From the human T2T-CHM13v2.0 reference genome, Homo sapiens, in assembly GCF_009914755.1 (NCBI RefSeq), contig NC_060926.1: 64,000 nt of DNA; one strand, given 5' to 3'. Both the position numbers and the translations under genes were made by a program. Positions 29,976 to 62,896 of this stretch are shown in pieces. Under the pieces are notes generated by a model. The model made no database searches, was not told the origin of the DNA, and saw nothing but the letters and a program-made list of their open reading frames with translations. The stretch's first letter is position 1; each line of letters starts with the position of its first letter.

Positions 29976-30655
29976 TGTTGTCTAATTCTAAACAGTTTGA
30001 TGCCTATGATGTATACATTTGTTCATCAAAACAAATTTAGAACAGTGAACCTCAAGGGATGTGAAATTATTTTTTAAAGACGAGACAGAATGATGGTTAT
30101 TTTTGCTCTAAGAAAAAGGAGATTAGATTGTTCTGCAACCCATTTTTTGGGAAGGTCTGTGTCCTGGCTCTTTTCCTTCTAATTATGTTGGGAAGTGCAA
30201 TGACATGATAAGGTTTTTTAAATATATATAAATGAAAGTATTGTCTTAATGTAGTAGTGCATTCAGCCTTGATGTCTACAAACCTTCAGTATGTTGCAGT
30301 GATTTAAAAGTATCCTTACAATTCATATGTAAGGATGTTATATGTATTCCAAAAGAAAATGTATTAATGCTAATCCTGAGTAAAGCTGTGAGTCTTAAAG
30401 GATGCCTTGTCCACCAAAAAGGGATTAGAATAGGCCCATTGGTTCAGGGATGTGGGAAGGATCTTGGCATACACTTGGGTTTCAGGTGAAAAAATATGAG
30501 AGTAACCTGATGGAAATGGAAACACCACGACCAGGAAAGGGATCTGAAAGTTTCCTGCTGTCATGATGTGGATAATTCAAATCAACAAATTATCCTAAAA
30601 GAAGTCACAAAATAGGTGAAACATTTAGGATTCTAGCAGGAGTCAATGAAAACTG

Positions 30656-36777
<6,122 letters not shown>

Positions 36778-37429
36778 TGAAAACTGCTTTGTTAATATGC
36801 TTTCTTTACCTCCAGATTTCTCCCAAATGAACTCCCATAGACCTCATAATGTGAAGATACAAACCTCTATGAGGAAAAATCAGCAGACACAACAAACAGG
36901 AGATTTTTTATGTAATGTAATGGCCCCCAAACTGGATATTATAGAATAATGTAAATGAGATTATGTATTCAATATGTTAATTAATTAAGGAAAACAGAAG
37001 GAACAGAAATCACAAAGAAACATTAGAAAGTCATGGAAAAAGTAGGGCCCTATTTATAAAATAGCAAAATAGAAGATATAGAAATAAAAAAATCATTGAA
37101 ATTAAAAAATGTAAATACATTATTAATTTATGCTAATTTAAATGTTAGACAAATAGAATAATAAGACAGAAATGTATCCAAGCATGTATAAAGATTTATT
37201 GTTTAACAGGTCAATGAAGAAAATGATTGAATATTTAGCAATTACCACTGTGTCAAATGATAGTCATCTGGAAAGAAGAAAACTGGATTTCTGCTTTATA
37301 GCAAATAAAAAAATCAAAGTTGAGATAGATTAAAGATCTAAAAAACACCCATATTTTCAACACCTTTGGGAAAATTATAGGAAAATATTATGTCAGGGTG
37401 TACAAGAACTTTATAAGTAGTCGCAAATA

Positions 37430-40000
37430 AAATAGTATCCTGCAAAAGAAAGAATTTAGACCCCTACCTCACATCATATATGAAATTAACTAAAAAATGG
37501 ATCAAAGACCTAAATATAAGAACCTCAAACTATAAAATCCTTAGAAGAAAAAAAGTGTAGATCTTTATCAGCTTGGATTAGGCAATGGTTTCTTAGCTAT
37601 GACAGAAAAAGGATAAACAACAAAATAAATGGATAAATTGTACTTTATCAAACTTAAAAACGTTTATGTTTTAAAGGATACCATCAAGAAGGTGAAAAGA
37701 AAACCTACAAAATGTGAAAAATATTTGCAAACATATATCTAACAAAGTACCTGTATCCAGAATATATAATGAACACTTAGCAATAAACAATAAAAAGACA
37801 AATAACCCAATTAAAAATGGGCAAAAGATTTCACTAGACATTTATCCAAAGAAGATTTATAAGTGACCAATAAGCTCATGAAAGGATGTTCAGCATTGAT
37901 AGAGAAACGCAAATCAAAGTCACAATAAGATGCCATAAAATTTTACACTCACTAGGATGGCTATAATAAAAAAGATGGGCTGTTGGAGTTTTGAAGATTA
38001 TGTGAAAAATTTTGAACACTCATACATGAATGGTGGAAATGTAAAATGCTCCAGCTGCTTTGGAAAACAGTCTGGTACTTCCTGAAAATTTTAAATACAG
38101 AGTTTTCTTTTATATACATATATATATTTATTTAAGTTGTAGGGTACATGTGCAAAATGTGTAGGTTTATTACATATGTATACATGTGCCATGTTGGTGT
38201 GCTGCACCCATTAACTCGTCATTTACATTAGGTATATCTCCTAATGCTATCCCTCCCCCTGCCCCCCACCCCACGACAGGCCCCAGTGTGTGATATTCCC
38301 CTTCCTGTGTCCATGTGTTCTCATTGTTCAATTCCCACCTATGAGTGAGAACATGTGGTGTTTGGTTTTTTGTCCTTGTGATAGTTTGCTGAGAATGATG
38401 GTTTCCATCTTCATCCATGTCCCTACAAAGGACATGAACTCATCATTTTTTATGGCTGCGTAATATTCCATGGTGTATATGTGCCACATTTTCTTAATCC
38501 AGTCTATCATTGTTGGACATTTGGGTTGGTTCCAAGTGTTTGCTATTGTGAATAGTGCCACAATAAACATGTGTGCATGTGTCTTTATAGCAGCATGACT
38601 TATAATCCTTTGGGTATATACCCAGAAATGGGATGGCTGGGTCAAATGGTATTTCTAGTTCTAGATCCCTGAGGAACCACCACACTGTCTTCCACAAGGG
38701 TTGAACTAGTTTACAGTCCCACCAACAGTGTAAAAGTGTTCCTATTTCTCCACATCCTCTCCAGCACCTTTTGTTTCCTGACTTTTTAATGATTGCCATT
38801 CTAACTGGTGTGAGATGATATCTCATTGTGGTTTTGATTTGCATTTCTCTGATGGCCAGTGATGATGAGCATTTTTTCATGTGTCTGTTGGCTGCATAAA
38901 TGTCTTCTTTTGAGAAGTGTCTGTTCATATCCTTCACCCACTTGTTGATGGGGTTGTTTGTTTTTTTCTTGTAAATTTGTTTGAGTTCTTCGTAGATTCT
39001 GGATATTAGCCCTTTGTCAGATGAGTAGATTGCAAAAATTTTCTCCCATTTTGTAGGTTGCCTGTTCACTCTGATGGTAGTTTCTTTTGCTGTGCAGAAG
39101 CTCTTTAGTTTAATTAGATGCCATTTGTCAATTTTGGCTTTTGTTGCCATTGGTTTTGGTGTTTTAGACATGAAGTCCTTGCCCATGCCTATGTCCTGAA
39201 TGGTATTGCCTAGGTTTTCTTCTAGGGTTTTTATGGTTTTAGGTCTAACATTAAAGTCGTTTATCCAGCTTGAATTAATTTTTGAATAAGGTGTAAGGAA
39301 GGGATCCAGTTTCAGCTTTCTACATATGGCTAGCCAGTTTTCCCAGCACCATTTGTTAAATAGGGAATCCTTTCCCCATTTCTTGTTTTTGTCAGGTTTG
39401 TCAAAGATCAGATAGTTGTACATGTGTGGTATTTAAATACAGAGTTTTCATATGACCCAGAAATTCTACTCCTAGGCAGAGTCTCAAGGTAATTGAAAAT
39501 GTATGTCCACCAAAAACTTGTAGTGAATGTTCCTACTGGTGTTAATTATCATAGCCCTGAAGTGGAAACAACCCAAATTTCCATCAGTTGATGAGTGGAT
39601 AAACAAAATGTGGTAAATCCTTGCAATGGAATATTATTTGGCCATAAAATGGAAGTACAGCTACATGTTACAGCATGCATGAATGTTAAAGCCATTATAC
39701 TTAGTGAAGGAAGCCATCACAAAGAGTCACATATTGTCAGATTTCCTGTATATACATCATCCAAAATGGGTAAATCCATAGAGACAGTAGGAGATTCATG
39801 GTTGCCAAGGGCTGGGGGTGGGCAAAATGGGAAGTGATTGCTAATGGGTATGAGATTTTTTTGGGGGAGGGGTGATAAAAATGTTCTGAAATTAAATAAT
39901 GGTGATAATTGCACAACTTTAAATATACTAAAAAACGTGCAATTGCATACTTTGAAAGGATAAGTTTTTTGTTATGTGAATTCCATCTGAATTTTAAAAA
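37430..40000 (+). mobile_element. old L1MB-type ORF2 end and 3' UTR, split by L1 #2
   Basis: GACCCCTACCTCACATCATAT...GGATAAACAAAATGTGG...GGTTGCCAAGGGCTGGGG; sequence is continuous across the L1 #2 TSD. Confidence 0.75.
38108..39431 (-). mobile_element. L1 #2: 5'-truncated (~1.3 kb) L1PA4/5-like element
   Basis: ORF2 C-terminal remnants and 3' UTR; perfect 18-bp TSD TTTAAATACAGAGTTTTC at 38090-38107 and 39432-39449. Confidence 0.93.
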
Positions 40001-40046
40001 GAAGAGAAAAACTAAAAAAGATTGATTAACTTGATGTTGAATTTTA

Positions 40047-47450
<7,404 letters not shown>

Positions 47451-47455
47451 AACTC

Positions 47456-47650
47456 TTCTTTTTTTAATTTAACTTATTTTAAGTTCAGGGGTACATACGC
47501 AGGTTTGTTATAGAGGTGAACTTGTGTCATAATTATTTCATTACTCAGGTAGTAAGCTTAGTACCTATTAGTTATTTTCCCTGATCCTCTCCCTCCTCCT
47601 AACCCTCTACCCTCCAACAGGCCCCAGTGTGTGTTGTTCCCCTCTATGTG
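47456..47650 (-). mobile_element. short old L1PA13-16-type 3' end
   Basis: TTTTAAGTTCAGGGGTACAT...CCTGATCCTCTCCCTCCTCC. Confidence 0.75.
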
Positions 47651-47700
47651 AATAAAAGGACACTTCTATTGCATTTTATTTCTTTTGAAAGGTCAAAAGA

Positions 47701-47985
47701 GGACGGGCACTGTGGCACACACCTGTAATTCCAGCCCTTTGGGAGGCTGAGGTGGGCAGATCTCTTGATCCCAGAAGTTCAAGACCAGCCTAGGCAACAT
47801 GGTGAAACCCTTTCTGTACAAAAAAATACCAAAACTAGCTGTGCGTGATGGTGCATGCCTGTAGTCCAAGCTACTTGGGAGGCCGAGGTGGGAGAATCAC
47901 CTGAGCCTGGGTAGGTTGAGGCTATAGTGAGCCATGATTGTACCATTGCATTCCAGCCTGGGTGACAGAGTGAGACCCTCTTTAA
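47701..47985 (+). mobile_element. AluJ-like SINE
   Basis: Diverged dimer with CCAGCCTAGGCAACATGG and GTGAGCCATGATTG. Confidence 0.85.
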
Positions 47986-48312
47986 CAGCAATACCCAATT
48001 TCAAAAAAAGTAAAGAAAAAAAAACATCCAGAAGAAGGTATAGCATAATAAAAATAATTGTTACATTTGGTAATTATCAAATATGGTGTTTATTTTATTT
48101 TATTATTATTATACTTTAAGTTTTAGGGTACATGTGCACAATGTGCAGGTTAGTTACATATGTATACATGTGCCATGCTGGTGCGCTGCACCCACTAACT
48201 CGTCATCTAGCATTAGGTATATCTCCCAATGCTATCCCTCCCCCCTCCTCCCATCCCACAACAGTCCCCAGAGTGTGATGTTCCCTTTCCTGTGTCCATG
48301 TGTTCTCATTGT

Positions 48313-52135
<3,823 letters not shown>

Positions 52136-52199
52136 TATGATGTTAGCTGGTGATTTTGCTTGTTAGTTTATGCAGTTTCTTCCTAGCCTCGATGGTTTT

Positions 52200-53211
52200 T
52201 ACAATTTGGCGTGATTTTGCAGTGGCTGGTACCGGTTGTTCCTTTCCATGTTTAGTGCTTCCTTCAGGAGCTCTTTTAGGGCAGGCCTGGTGGTGACAAA
52301 ATCTCTCAGCATTTGCTTGTCCGTAAAGTATTTTATTTCTCCTTCACTTATGAAGCTTAGTTTGGCTGGATATGAAATTCTGGGTCGAAAATTCTTTTCT
52401 TTAAGAATGTTGAATATTGGCCCCCACTCTCTTCTGGCTTATAGAGTTTCTGCCAAGAGATGAGCTGTTAGTCTGATGGGCTTCCCTTTGTGGGTAATCC
52501 GACCTTTCTGTCTGGCTGCCCTTAACATTTTTTCCTTCATTTCAACTTTGGTGAATCTGACAATTATGTGTCTTGGAGTTGCTCTTCTCAAGGAGTATCT
52601 TTGTGGTGTTCTCTGTATTTCCTGTATCTGAATGTTGGCCTGCCTTGGTAGATTGGGGAAATTCTCCTGGATAATATCCTGCAGAGTGTTTTCCAACTTG
52701 GTTCCATTCACCCCGTCACTTTCAGGTACACCAATCAGACGTAAATTTGGTCTTTTCCCATAGTCCCGTATTTCTTGGAGGCTTTGTTCATTTCTTTTTA
52801 TTCTTTTTTCCCTAAACTTCTCTTCTCGCTTCATTTCATTCATTTCATCTTCCATCACTGATACCCTTTCTTCAGTTGATCGCTTCGGCTCCTGAGGCTT
52901 CTGCATTCTTCACGTGGTTCTCGAGCCTTGGCTTTCAGCCCCATCAGCTCCTTTAAGCACTTCTCTGTATTGGTTACTCTAGTTATACATTCGTCTAAAT
53001 TTTTTTCAACGTTTTTAACTTCTTTGCCTTTGGTTTGAATTTCCTCCTGTAGCTCGGAGTAGTTTGATCGTCTGAAGCCTTCTTCTCTGAACTCGTCAAA
53101 GTCATACTCCGTCCAGCTTTGTTCTGTTGCTGGTGAGGAAGTGTGTTCCTTTGGAGGAGAGGCACTGCGCTTTTTAGAGTTTCCAGTTTTTCTGCTCTGT
53201 TTTTTCCCCAT
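52200..53211 (-). pseudogene. disrupted L1 ORF1
   Basis: MGKKQSRKTGNSKK... split into pieces 52855-53211 and 52439-52906. Confidence 0.85.
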
Positions 53212-53794
53212 CTTTGTGGTTTTATCTACTTTTGGTCTTTGATGATGGTGATGTACAGATGGGTTTTTGGTGTGGATGTCCTTTCTGTTTGTTAGTTTTC
53301 CTTCTAACAGACAGGATCTTCAGCTGCAAGTCTGTTGGAATTTGCTAGAGGTCCACTCCAGACTCTGTTTTCCTGGGTAACAGCAGCAGTGGCTGAAGAA
53401 GAGTGGATTTTTGTGAACTGCGAATGCTGCTGTCTGATCGTTCCTCTGGAAGTTTTGTCTCAGAGGAGTACCCGGCCGTGTGAGGTGTCAGTCTGCCCCT
53501 ACTAGGGGGTGCCTCCCAGTTAGGCTGCTCGGGGGTCAGGGGTCAGGGACCCACTTGAGGAGGCAGTCTGCCCGTTCTCAGATCTCCAGCTGCATGCTGG
53601 GAGAACCACTGCTCTCTTCAAAGCTGTCAGACAGGGCCATTTAAGTCTGCAGAGGTTACTGCTGTCTTTTTGTTTGTCTGTGCCCTGCCCCCAGAGGTGG
53701 AGCCTATAGAGGCAGGCAGGCCTCCTTGAGCTGTGGTGGGCTCCATCCAGTTTGAGCTTCCCAGCTGCTTTGTTTACCTAAGCAGGCCTGGGCA

Positions 53795-54013
53795 ATGGCA
53801 GGTGCCCCTCCCCCAGCCTCGCTGCCACCTTGCAGTTTGATCTCAGACTGCTGTGCTAGCAATCAGCGAGACTCTGTGAGCGTAGGACCCTCCGAGCCAG
53901 GTGCGGTATATAATCTCCTGGTGCGCCGTTTTTTAAGCCTGTTGGAAAAGTGCAGCATTAGGATGGGAGTGACCCGATTTTCCAGGTGCCCCATCTGTCA
54001 CCCCTTTCTTTGA
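53795..54013 (+). CDS. intact L1 ORF0 (antisense 5' UTR ORF, 72 aa; expression unknown)
   Basis: MAGAPPPASLPPCSLISDCCASNQRDSV...HPFL; Kozak context GCAATGG; splice donors CAG|GT at 53900/53901 and 53985/53986. Confidence 0.6.
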   Translation: MAGAPPPASLPPCSLISDCCASNQRDSVSVGPSEPGAVYNLLVRRFLSLLEKCSIRMGVTRFSRCPICHPFL

Positions 54014-55214
54014 CTAGGAAAGGGAACTCCCTGACCCCTTGCACTTCCCGAGTGAGGCAATGCCTCGCCCTGCTTCGGCTCGCGCACCATGCGCTGCACC
54101 CACTGTCCTGCGCCCACTGTCTGGCACTCACTAGTGAGACGAACCCGGTACCTCAGATGGAAATGCAGAAATCACCCGTCTTCTGCATCGGTCACGCTGG
54201 GAGCTGTAGACCGGAGCCATTCCTGTTCAGCCATTTTGGCTGCTACTGCCTCAAATATGGTGTTTTAAATATTATTCTCTATTGTCAACATGACAGCTAA
54301 ACATGGTGTCATGTTTATATTTATGTAATAATAATAATGTAATAACTTTTTTCATAGATGCACCCAATGTTTGCCTTTTTTTGTTATTGTTAAATTGCCT
54401 GTTTGAATCCTTTGCCTACATTTCTATTAGTATGACTGATGTATCACTTGGGAATTGTGTTTGGCTGTGAATAACACAAACCTGGAAACAGTGGATTAAA
54501 TAAAGACTTTTATTTTTTTCTCTCAGAATGAAAAGTCCAAAAGTCAAAAACCTAGGACGGGTACAGTGTCTCCATGATGCCAGTAGGGAAATGGACTTGT
54601 ATCTTTCCACTAAGCCACCCCTGGCATATGCTTTTCACCCTTGGGATTATGAGATGGCTGCTTTGTTTCCAGAATCAAGTCCATGTTTCAGGCAGGAAGA
54701 AATGAAAGAGCCAAGGACGAAATGTCCATTCCAGCGAAGTCTGCCCTCTCCCTCCCTTCCCATACATCCACATATTTTAAAGAGCCTTCCTGGAAGTCCC
54801 ATCAAAAACTCCCTGCTCCCTTTTTTTTCAGTTGCCAGAACTAGGTCAGATGATGACTTGTATCCAGGAATTCAGCAGTGTTTGTTTAATCTTTTCCCCA
54901 AACTGGAGTTAAGTGGACAGGAATAAGAATGGATACTGGGAAGAGACCACTAGGCTTTCGTAGCTGCCAAACAATGATGATAACAATAGTGATGATGATC
55001 ATAATAAAAATCATCATAGTTACCATTTATTATGTGCTGTGTGCCAGGTGTGTAAGCTTTGTACATTTTTCTTGTTTAGTCCCCCAAATCCTTAAAGTAC
55101 TTGTGTTGGCACCCATTTAGAACTGAGGCTATTGAGACTCATTAATGTGTAGTAACATGTTGAAAGTCATGCGAGGGGCAATACAAACTTGAATCCAGTC
55201 CTATTTGACTATGA

Positions 55215-55305
55215 AGATCGTCTGGGACTGTACTGGCTTTAGCAGTGAAAGTCTCACATTCTAGGACACCTGTCAGTCATGGAACAGTGTGGCAGGGGTC
55301 ACCCA
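55215..55305. mobile_element. MER94-like hAT MITE relic
   Basis: GGGACTGTACTGGCTTTAGCAGTGAAAGTC...GGTCACCC. Confidence 0.5.
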
Positions 55306-55429
55306 CTGAAGCTCAAACAGTATTAGGGTATGAGTTCAATTAAGGTTTTTTGAATGGTTAATTTAATAAGTATTATTTATCATTTCTCATAAGTTTATAG
55401 ACTTGCAATACATTAAGAATACAACCTTT

Positions 55430-55857
<428 letters not shown>

Positions 55858-56671
55858 TTATAATTTTTTCCTTTTCTTTTATGTTTAGATATTCTTTCCC
55901 ATGCTATTGACCAAAAGTTATCTGCATTTTCTTCTGGTCCTTTTATAATCTACTTTGCAATTCACAGTGTAAAATGGGGATATGCAGGAATGGGCAAGAC
56001 TTTCATGCACATGTTCCATCTCCCAGGTTTGGGTGAGTGTTTCAAAACTGTATGCTTGTATGTTTGAAATGTTCATCTCAGGAACTGATTTAAAATCCAT
56101 AACTTAAAGGGATGAAAACTCTTTCCAATGCATTTCCAATGTGCAGTGCACATGTATCTGATCTGCAATTGGAAAATGTCAAAATGTGTCAGCTCATTTC
56201 ATACTCTTTTAAGCTATCCTTTGATTAAGGGAGTGCTGTATCAACTTATGTGAGCCTGCAGTCAAATCTACCTTCAAATTATTAGCACCTGGTGAGAAAT
56301 GTCCTTCCCATTCTAAACACTAGTTCATCATGTCTTATTTGTAATTCATTTGATGATTTTGATATAACATTATAAATATTATACGTGACTAAGCCTTTAC
56401 ACTGAAGCTTTGTTCTTGTAAAAATGGCAGAAACTGTGAATTGCATACTCTGTCTCTGATACAGATGTGTGGATCTAGACTAAGCAGGTGTGGTGCTAGG
56501 CTGAGTAAATCACCAGTTCCAAATGTCTTTATGTTGGGAAACATGATGTCATTAATGTTTATCTTGTACTACTGAGTCTAACTTAGTTTTCTAGCCTATG
56601 GAGTGGGAAAATCTTTGTGAATTCACTGTTATTGACAAATAATTATTAGAAAATAAAATTAATACTCTAGT

Positions 56672-56887
56672 CCAAGTGTTGGCAAACTTTTTGTAAAGGG
56701 CCAGATGATAGCTATTTTAGGTTTTGCTGGCCATAAGATTTCGATTGCAACCACTCAAGTCTTCCTTTGTAGCAGCAGTAGACAATACATAAACAAATGG
56801 GCTTGGCTGTGCTCCAGTAAAACTTTATTTACAAAAACAGGTGGTCTACACGGTTCGGTCTGCAGACTGTATTTTGCCAACTACTGT
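56672..56887 (+). mobile_element. MER58A-like hAT-Charlie MITE
   Basis: CAAGTGTTGGCAAACTT...TGTAAAGGGCCAGAT...TTTGCCAACTACTG with terminal inverted repeats. Confidence 0.85.
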
Positions 56888-58062
56888 GTAGTCAAATAAT
56901 TGCTTCTTTCAGAGTTCTTTCTTTTTTTTCAGAATTCTTTGAAAACTATGTATTAGATTCCTCATTGTTATATAAAAACTGTTTATTATTTCAAAAGTGG
57001 GAATTTGTTGCTATCCTGGAAAATATTAAACAAGTTCTCCTATAATTGATACTTTAAGACTTTGACTTGAATGTCTTAAAGTTAAATTGGAAAGTCCTTT
57101 GAAAATTATTTGAAGGGAAGTATCATGGTGTAAACATTTCAGAATTGTTTGTTAGGAATAGGTTGTGCCAATTGCAAATGAAAAGTTAGTTTCTCAAATC
57201 TTCTTTCATATTAGTGGCCCATAGCTTTCTTCCTAAACAAATCTTTCTATCTTCTTCCAAAAAGCTGGATATAGCTCTTAGTTTCAGTGGGGTCCACGCT
57301 TAAAGACAGGAAAGCATATGGGTGCCATACATTTGTTAGTATTTGTCTCTACAAAATCACAAAAATTGAACACTCCAGAGCTCTAAATTACAAATTTGGA
57401 TGGTGTGCCTTATTGCAGATCATAAAGGCCACGTGTGCAAGATTCATCGTCAATAGCATTGCTTCATGTTTTAGTAAATCAGAATGACTGACTGGAACTT
57501 TTACATCTTTTTTTGATGGATTCTCTCATGGTATAGACTGTAACCTGTGTGTCAATCTCTAACTGGATATCATTAATCACATTTCAAAGCTAAATACAAT
57601 TGGGGGATGTAAGTTTTATATTTATACATCAAAATATGTACATTTTTAGGGGTAGGCAATATACAAACATATATATATATGTATATGAACAAACAATATT
57701 TATATATATAATGTTTAATAATCAGCCTCCCATGGGCCCTGAATATCCATGAATTTTTATTTATGCAAAATTTCAATGCTATTAGTGCTGAAAAGAGGTT
57801 GGAATTCATGCTTTGAAAGACTTTACAGTCTATGATAAGGCTTTTGTTGTTGTTCTTGTATTTTTTGTTTGTTTTTATAGTCTTGGCAGACACTTGTTTA
57901 GTGTTTGGTGGTTGGCTTATTTTTGGAAGCACCCTCAAAACAATTGGAGATAATATATTACAAATAAAGTGGATGTTCAAGCTGGGGATTTTTATCTTTG
58001 TTCAAAAATAAAGTGTAATGTTATAGTAATAGGACTTTTTCCTGTTTTATAATGTAACTTAA

Positions 58063-58860
<798 letters not shown>

Positions 58861-60008
58861 AGGACTTTTCAAGTGCTTTAAGCAGTGGAAGGGTCACTGA
58901 AATATGTATTGCCTCCTAACATTAATTTTTGAAGAACAACTTTCATTTGAGCATGGAAGCTAAGGTCTGTTTTGAAAGTCTCATTACTCTATATTCATAT
59001 CTTGTAAAAATACACTTATACACTTCCTTAGAAATGTAATTTGGACAAAAATTACATTTCCAAAAAGAATATTTTCAAATAATCAAGCTTATTTTTAGTA
59101 ATAAACTAAGTTTATCAGTAAAACTAAGGGGCTGAAATTTTGCCAAACGTAACAAAGTGAATATATGAAAACAACAAAGTAGACAATATTATCAACAGGA
59201 TTTATAATTTTTGTTTTTCAAGATATCCATGGATGCTTTGCTGCTAATTTCTCAGACCAGTGCAACACTATGTGATTTGATAATGGGAGTTTCCCTCCCA
59301 AGTACCTGTAACTTCTACAGTATTATCTTTGTGGGTGGTATGCTGGGATATTCTGAAAAGTCGTCCTTTATTCCTCACATAATGGAACCAAGAGCTGGAA
59401 GAGAGCAAGAAGAGCATAGTCAGGAAAGAGAGAAGAAACATTCAGAGAAACACCTCATGGGGTTTAAAAATTTTATAATAGATTTAACCTGAGGAAGATA
59501 AAGTCTTGTATTAACAAATAAATAGAAGCAACTGCAAATATGTTTGAATGGAGACTATGGGGCATATTTTTCTTTGCTCCATTTCTTTTTCTCTCTTAAA
59601 ATACATGTGTGCTCCTTCATACAAAAATTTATTGTTAATTTTCCAATTGCAAAAGTACTTAATAAAGAGCACTTTGAAAACAAAGTAAAACAGTAAGAAT
59701 TACCTATCATTGATGACCTAGAGATATAAATGGTAAAACTTGAATTCATGCCTTCTTTTTTCCTTAACTTATATATTTTTTGTTTTTACAAAAAGAGGAT
59801 CCATCACATCACATGTGTTTCATAAGTTGCCCTTTTGTATAGCAATGTACTTAAATATCTCTGACTACATCTTGTCAATGTGCTTTTTTCTCAAAATAAT
59901 TTTAAAAATAGTTTTATCTAGCTCATTTTTTAAATCTTAAAAGCAATGCATATTTACTGCAAAATAATTCAGAAAACATACATTAAAAAGATATCGTCTT
60001 TCGTACTA

Positions 60009-60386
<378 letters not shown>

Positions 60387-60586
60387 TTAGGAAATTGGGG
60401 GTTAAATGCACATAAACAGGTTTTCTTTTATTACAGGACTTCTCAGAGCCTTTAATATGCTGATGTGTACTATGATATTCACAGAAGGGAGGTAAAATGT
60501 AGAGTTTCCCAAACTTATTTGATGAGAGAAGCTTTATTTCAATAGATTAGTTTTCCTTAGAACACACTTTGGTATACAGTGTTCTT

Positions 60587-60589
<3 letters not shown>

Positions 60590-60620
<31 letters not shown>
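60590..60620 (+). repeat. (CA)n microsatellite
   Basis: Perfect CA run of about 15 units. Confidence 0.95.
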
Positions 60621-60624
<4 letters not shown>

Positions 60625-62359
60625 CATACTCAAACAATCTTTATTTACTTATTACTAGGTGATTAATAATTGGATAATGAGTTTAATATATCATGGTCAT
60701 CTATTCACATTAATAAATGATCCACATAATCATTTTAATGACTGCCAAGTATACCACTGTTTTCATGCATCCTAATTTTTCAAAACAACTCCTTCTTGAT
60801 GTACATTTAAGCTGTTTCCATCTTTTTTGCATTTGCAAATCATGCTGAATCAATACCTTTGTACATTTCTGTATATTTGTTCAATAATTTCTTTAGGATA
60901 TATGCCTAACAAAGAGACAGTATGGGCCTTTTCATCTTATCTGTATTCCCAGATTCGTTTCTTTGCCTAGGAATGACAGTTTTTAATACAATTAGGATAG
61001 TTTTTCCTAATTAGGATAAGGAATTGTCCACTCATGAAGTATGAATAGGATCAGAGTAAGCTATCAGAAATATAGTTTCTTAAATACTTGCAATTATTCA
61101 CAAGAATGATATGTATTTATGAAGGAGTAATTATTAACATTGTTTAGGAGGGAAGCTTAATACAAATGATGTAAAAAATTAGAAACCAAATTCCAAAAAT
61201 ATTATTCGCCCCCTTCCTTCTAGAGAATAAAATAGGTTAAAAGGAACAATACCTTCTGAATTTTAAGTGAAAAAGAAACACATTTTAAGTCCAAGTTAAG
61301 ATGTAGAAATATACCCCTATTGATTTGTCTCTTCTCATTAATTAAAACCTGAAATACCCTATCCAGTGTTTTATTATGACTACATTCTATCAAAAATCCC
61401 ATAAGTTATTCCATTGGAGTTTACATAGGCTGATATCTCATCCTGCTTTCAATAAAAAGTCAGAAAGCAAATCTGTTTGATCAGATTTGCTCTGAGTATT
61501 GGAGTCTACACTTAAGCTTTTGAACAATTATATACAGGACTGAGCAAAGGCTATTGTTTGCTTATGTGGTAGATTGGAATCGCGAATGTTAATCTCATCC
61601 CCAAGAACACTTTTTAATTTATATCAAAATTGTATAAACAGGGTCACCAGTGCTAAATGGGATGTCAATGACCTATGAAGATCAGAAAGTAAACAAAGAT
61701 CTTAAAATAAGCATGTAACCTGAACACCTCAAGAATTGTTGTATATTGAAAGGCATTTGTTTACATAAAGAAAGGGAAAATTACTTAGTGCTAATTCAGT
61801 TTGTGGCAGGTTCCTTCTTTCTCAATCCATCAGCAAAATGGTGATGGACAAAAGTTTCACCCTGTCTATTTTAAAGGGCCGTGGAGAAAACCAACATGAA
61901 CCAATGGTTCATTCACGTCCTTTGAAATCGCGGGCATTCAGAAGCCTACCTACTTCCTTTATGGGCTATTTAACTTCAGGCCAATTTCTTTTTTCAGGAT
62001 GAGCATCGAGGAAAGAGGATAGCCAGGAAACTTGATTAAGATTAAAGGAGTAAGATACAGCCGGCAGGAAGAGGTAGGTAGATTCACTGAGGACATGTTC
62101 AGGGATTTCTTTGAAGCCCAAACTCCCAACTGTAAAAGGAATTCCAGCCAGATGGAGAACAAATGGGAACATGTTTTGGGGTGAGTGAGCCACATGTTTT
62201 GGTTTCAGGGGTGAAGGATTGATGAGTCCAAAAAACGTTTGTGTAAAAAGAGGAGAATGAATTAAGAAAAAGAAACGCTATTTTTTATTATGACTTATTA
62301 GATACATATAATTATGGATCTGAAACTGAGGCAAATTAAAAATTCACCAACATATTGAC

Positions 62360-62870
62360 ATCCTCCCTTATCCGTGGGGATAAATTCCAAGAACCTCAGT
62401 GGATTTCTGAAACCGCAGGTGGTGCCAAACCTGGTTGCTGCTAATGGAAACACGTTTCTGTTCATTTCTTCCACAAAGTTAATGCCTTTTCTATCTTATT
62501 TATCACTCACTGTAGCCTTAACATTTGTAGCTAAGGTGTAACAGCAAAACTGGCACAAATTTGTTTTTCCTTCTTCACAATTTAATGGATAGAAGACTTA
62601 TTCTTACTGTAGATCTTAGCATCCTCAGCATAGGATTTTTTTTCTTTCTTTCTTAAGTCCAGAACTTTCATCTTTTCACCTAAAGGAAGTAGTTTATACC
62701 TTCTTTTTGGTGTATTCGAATGGCTAGCATCGTTACTCTTGCCATTTGGAGCCATTATTAAGTAAAAGAAGGGTTACTTGAACACAGCACTGGGTTGCTG
62801 CAAGAGTCCATTTGATAACCGCGCCAGTTACTATTAATAAGTGACTGACTGGAGGGTAGTGTACACAGCT
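62360..62870 (+). mobile_element. MER44-type TcMar-Tigger DNA transposon relic
   Basis: CCCTTATCCGTGGGGATAAATTCCAAGAACCTCAGTGGAT...GCCATTATTAAGTAAAAGAAGGGTTACTTGAACAC. Confidence 0.75.
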
Positions 62871-62896
62871 TTCCAAGTCACCAAGGACATGATTCC

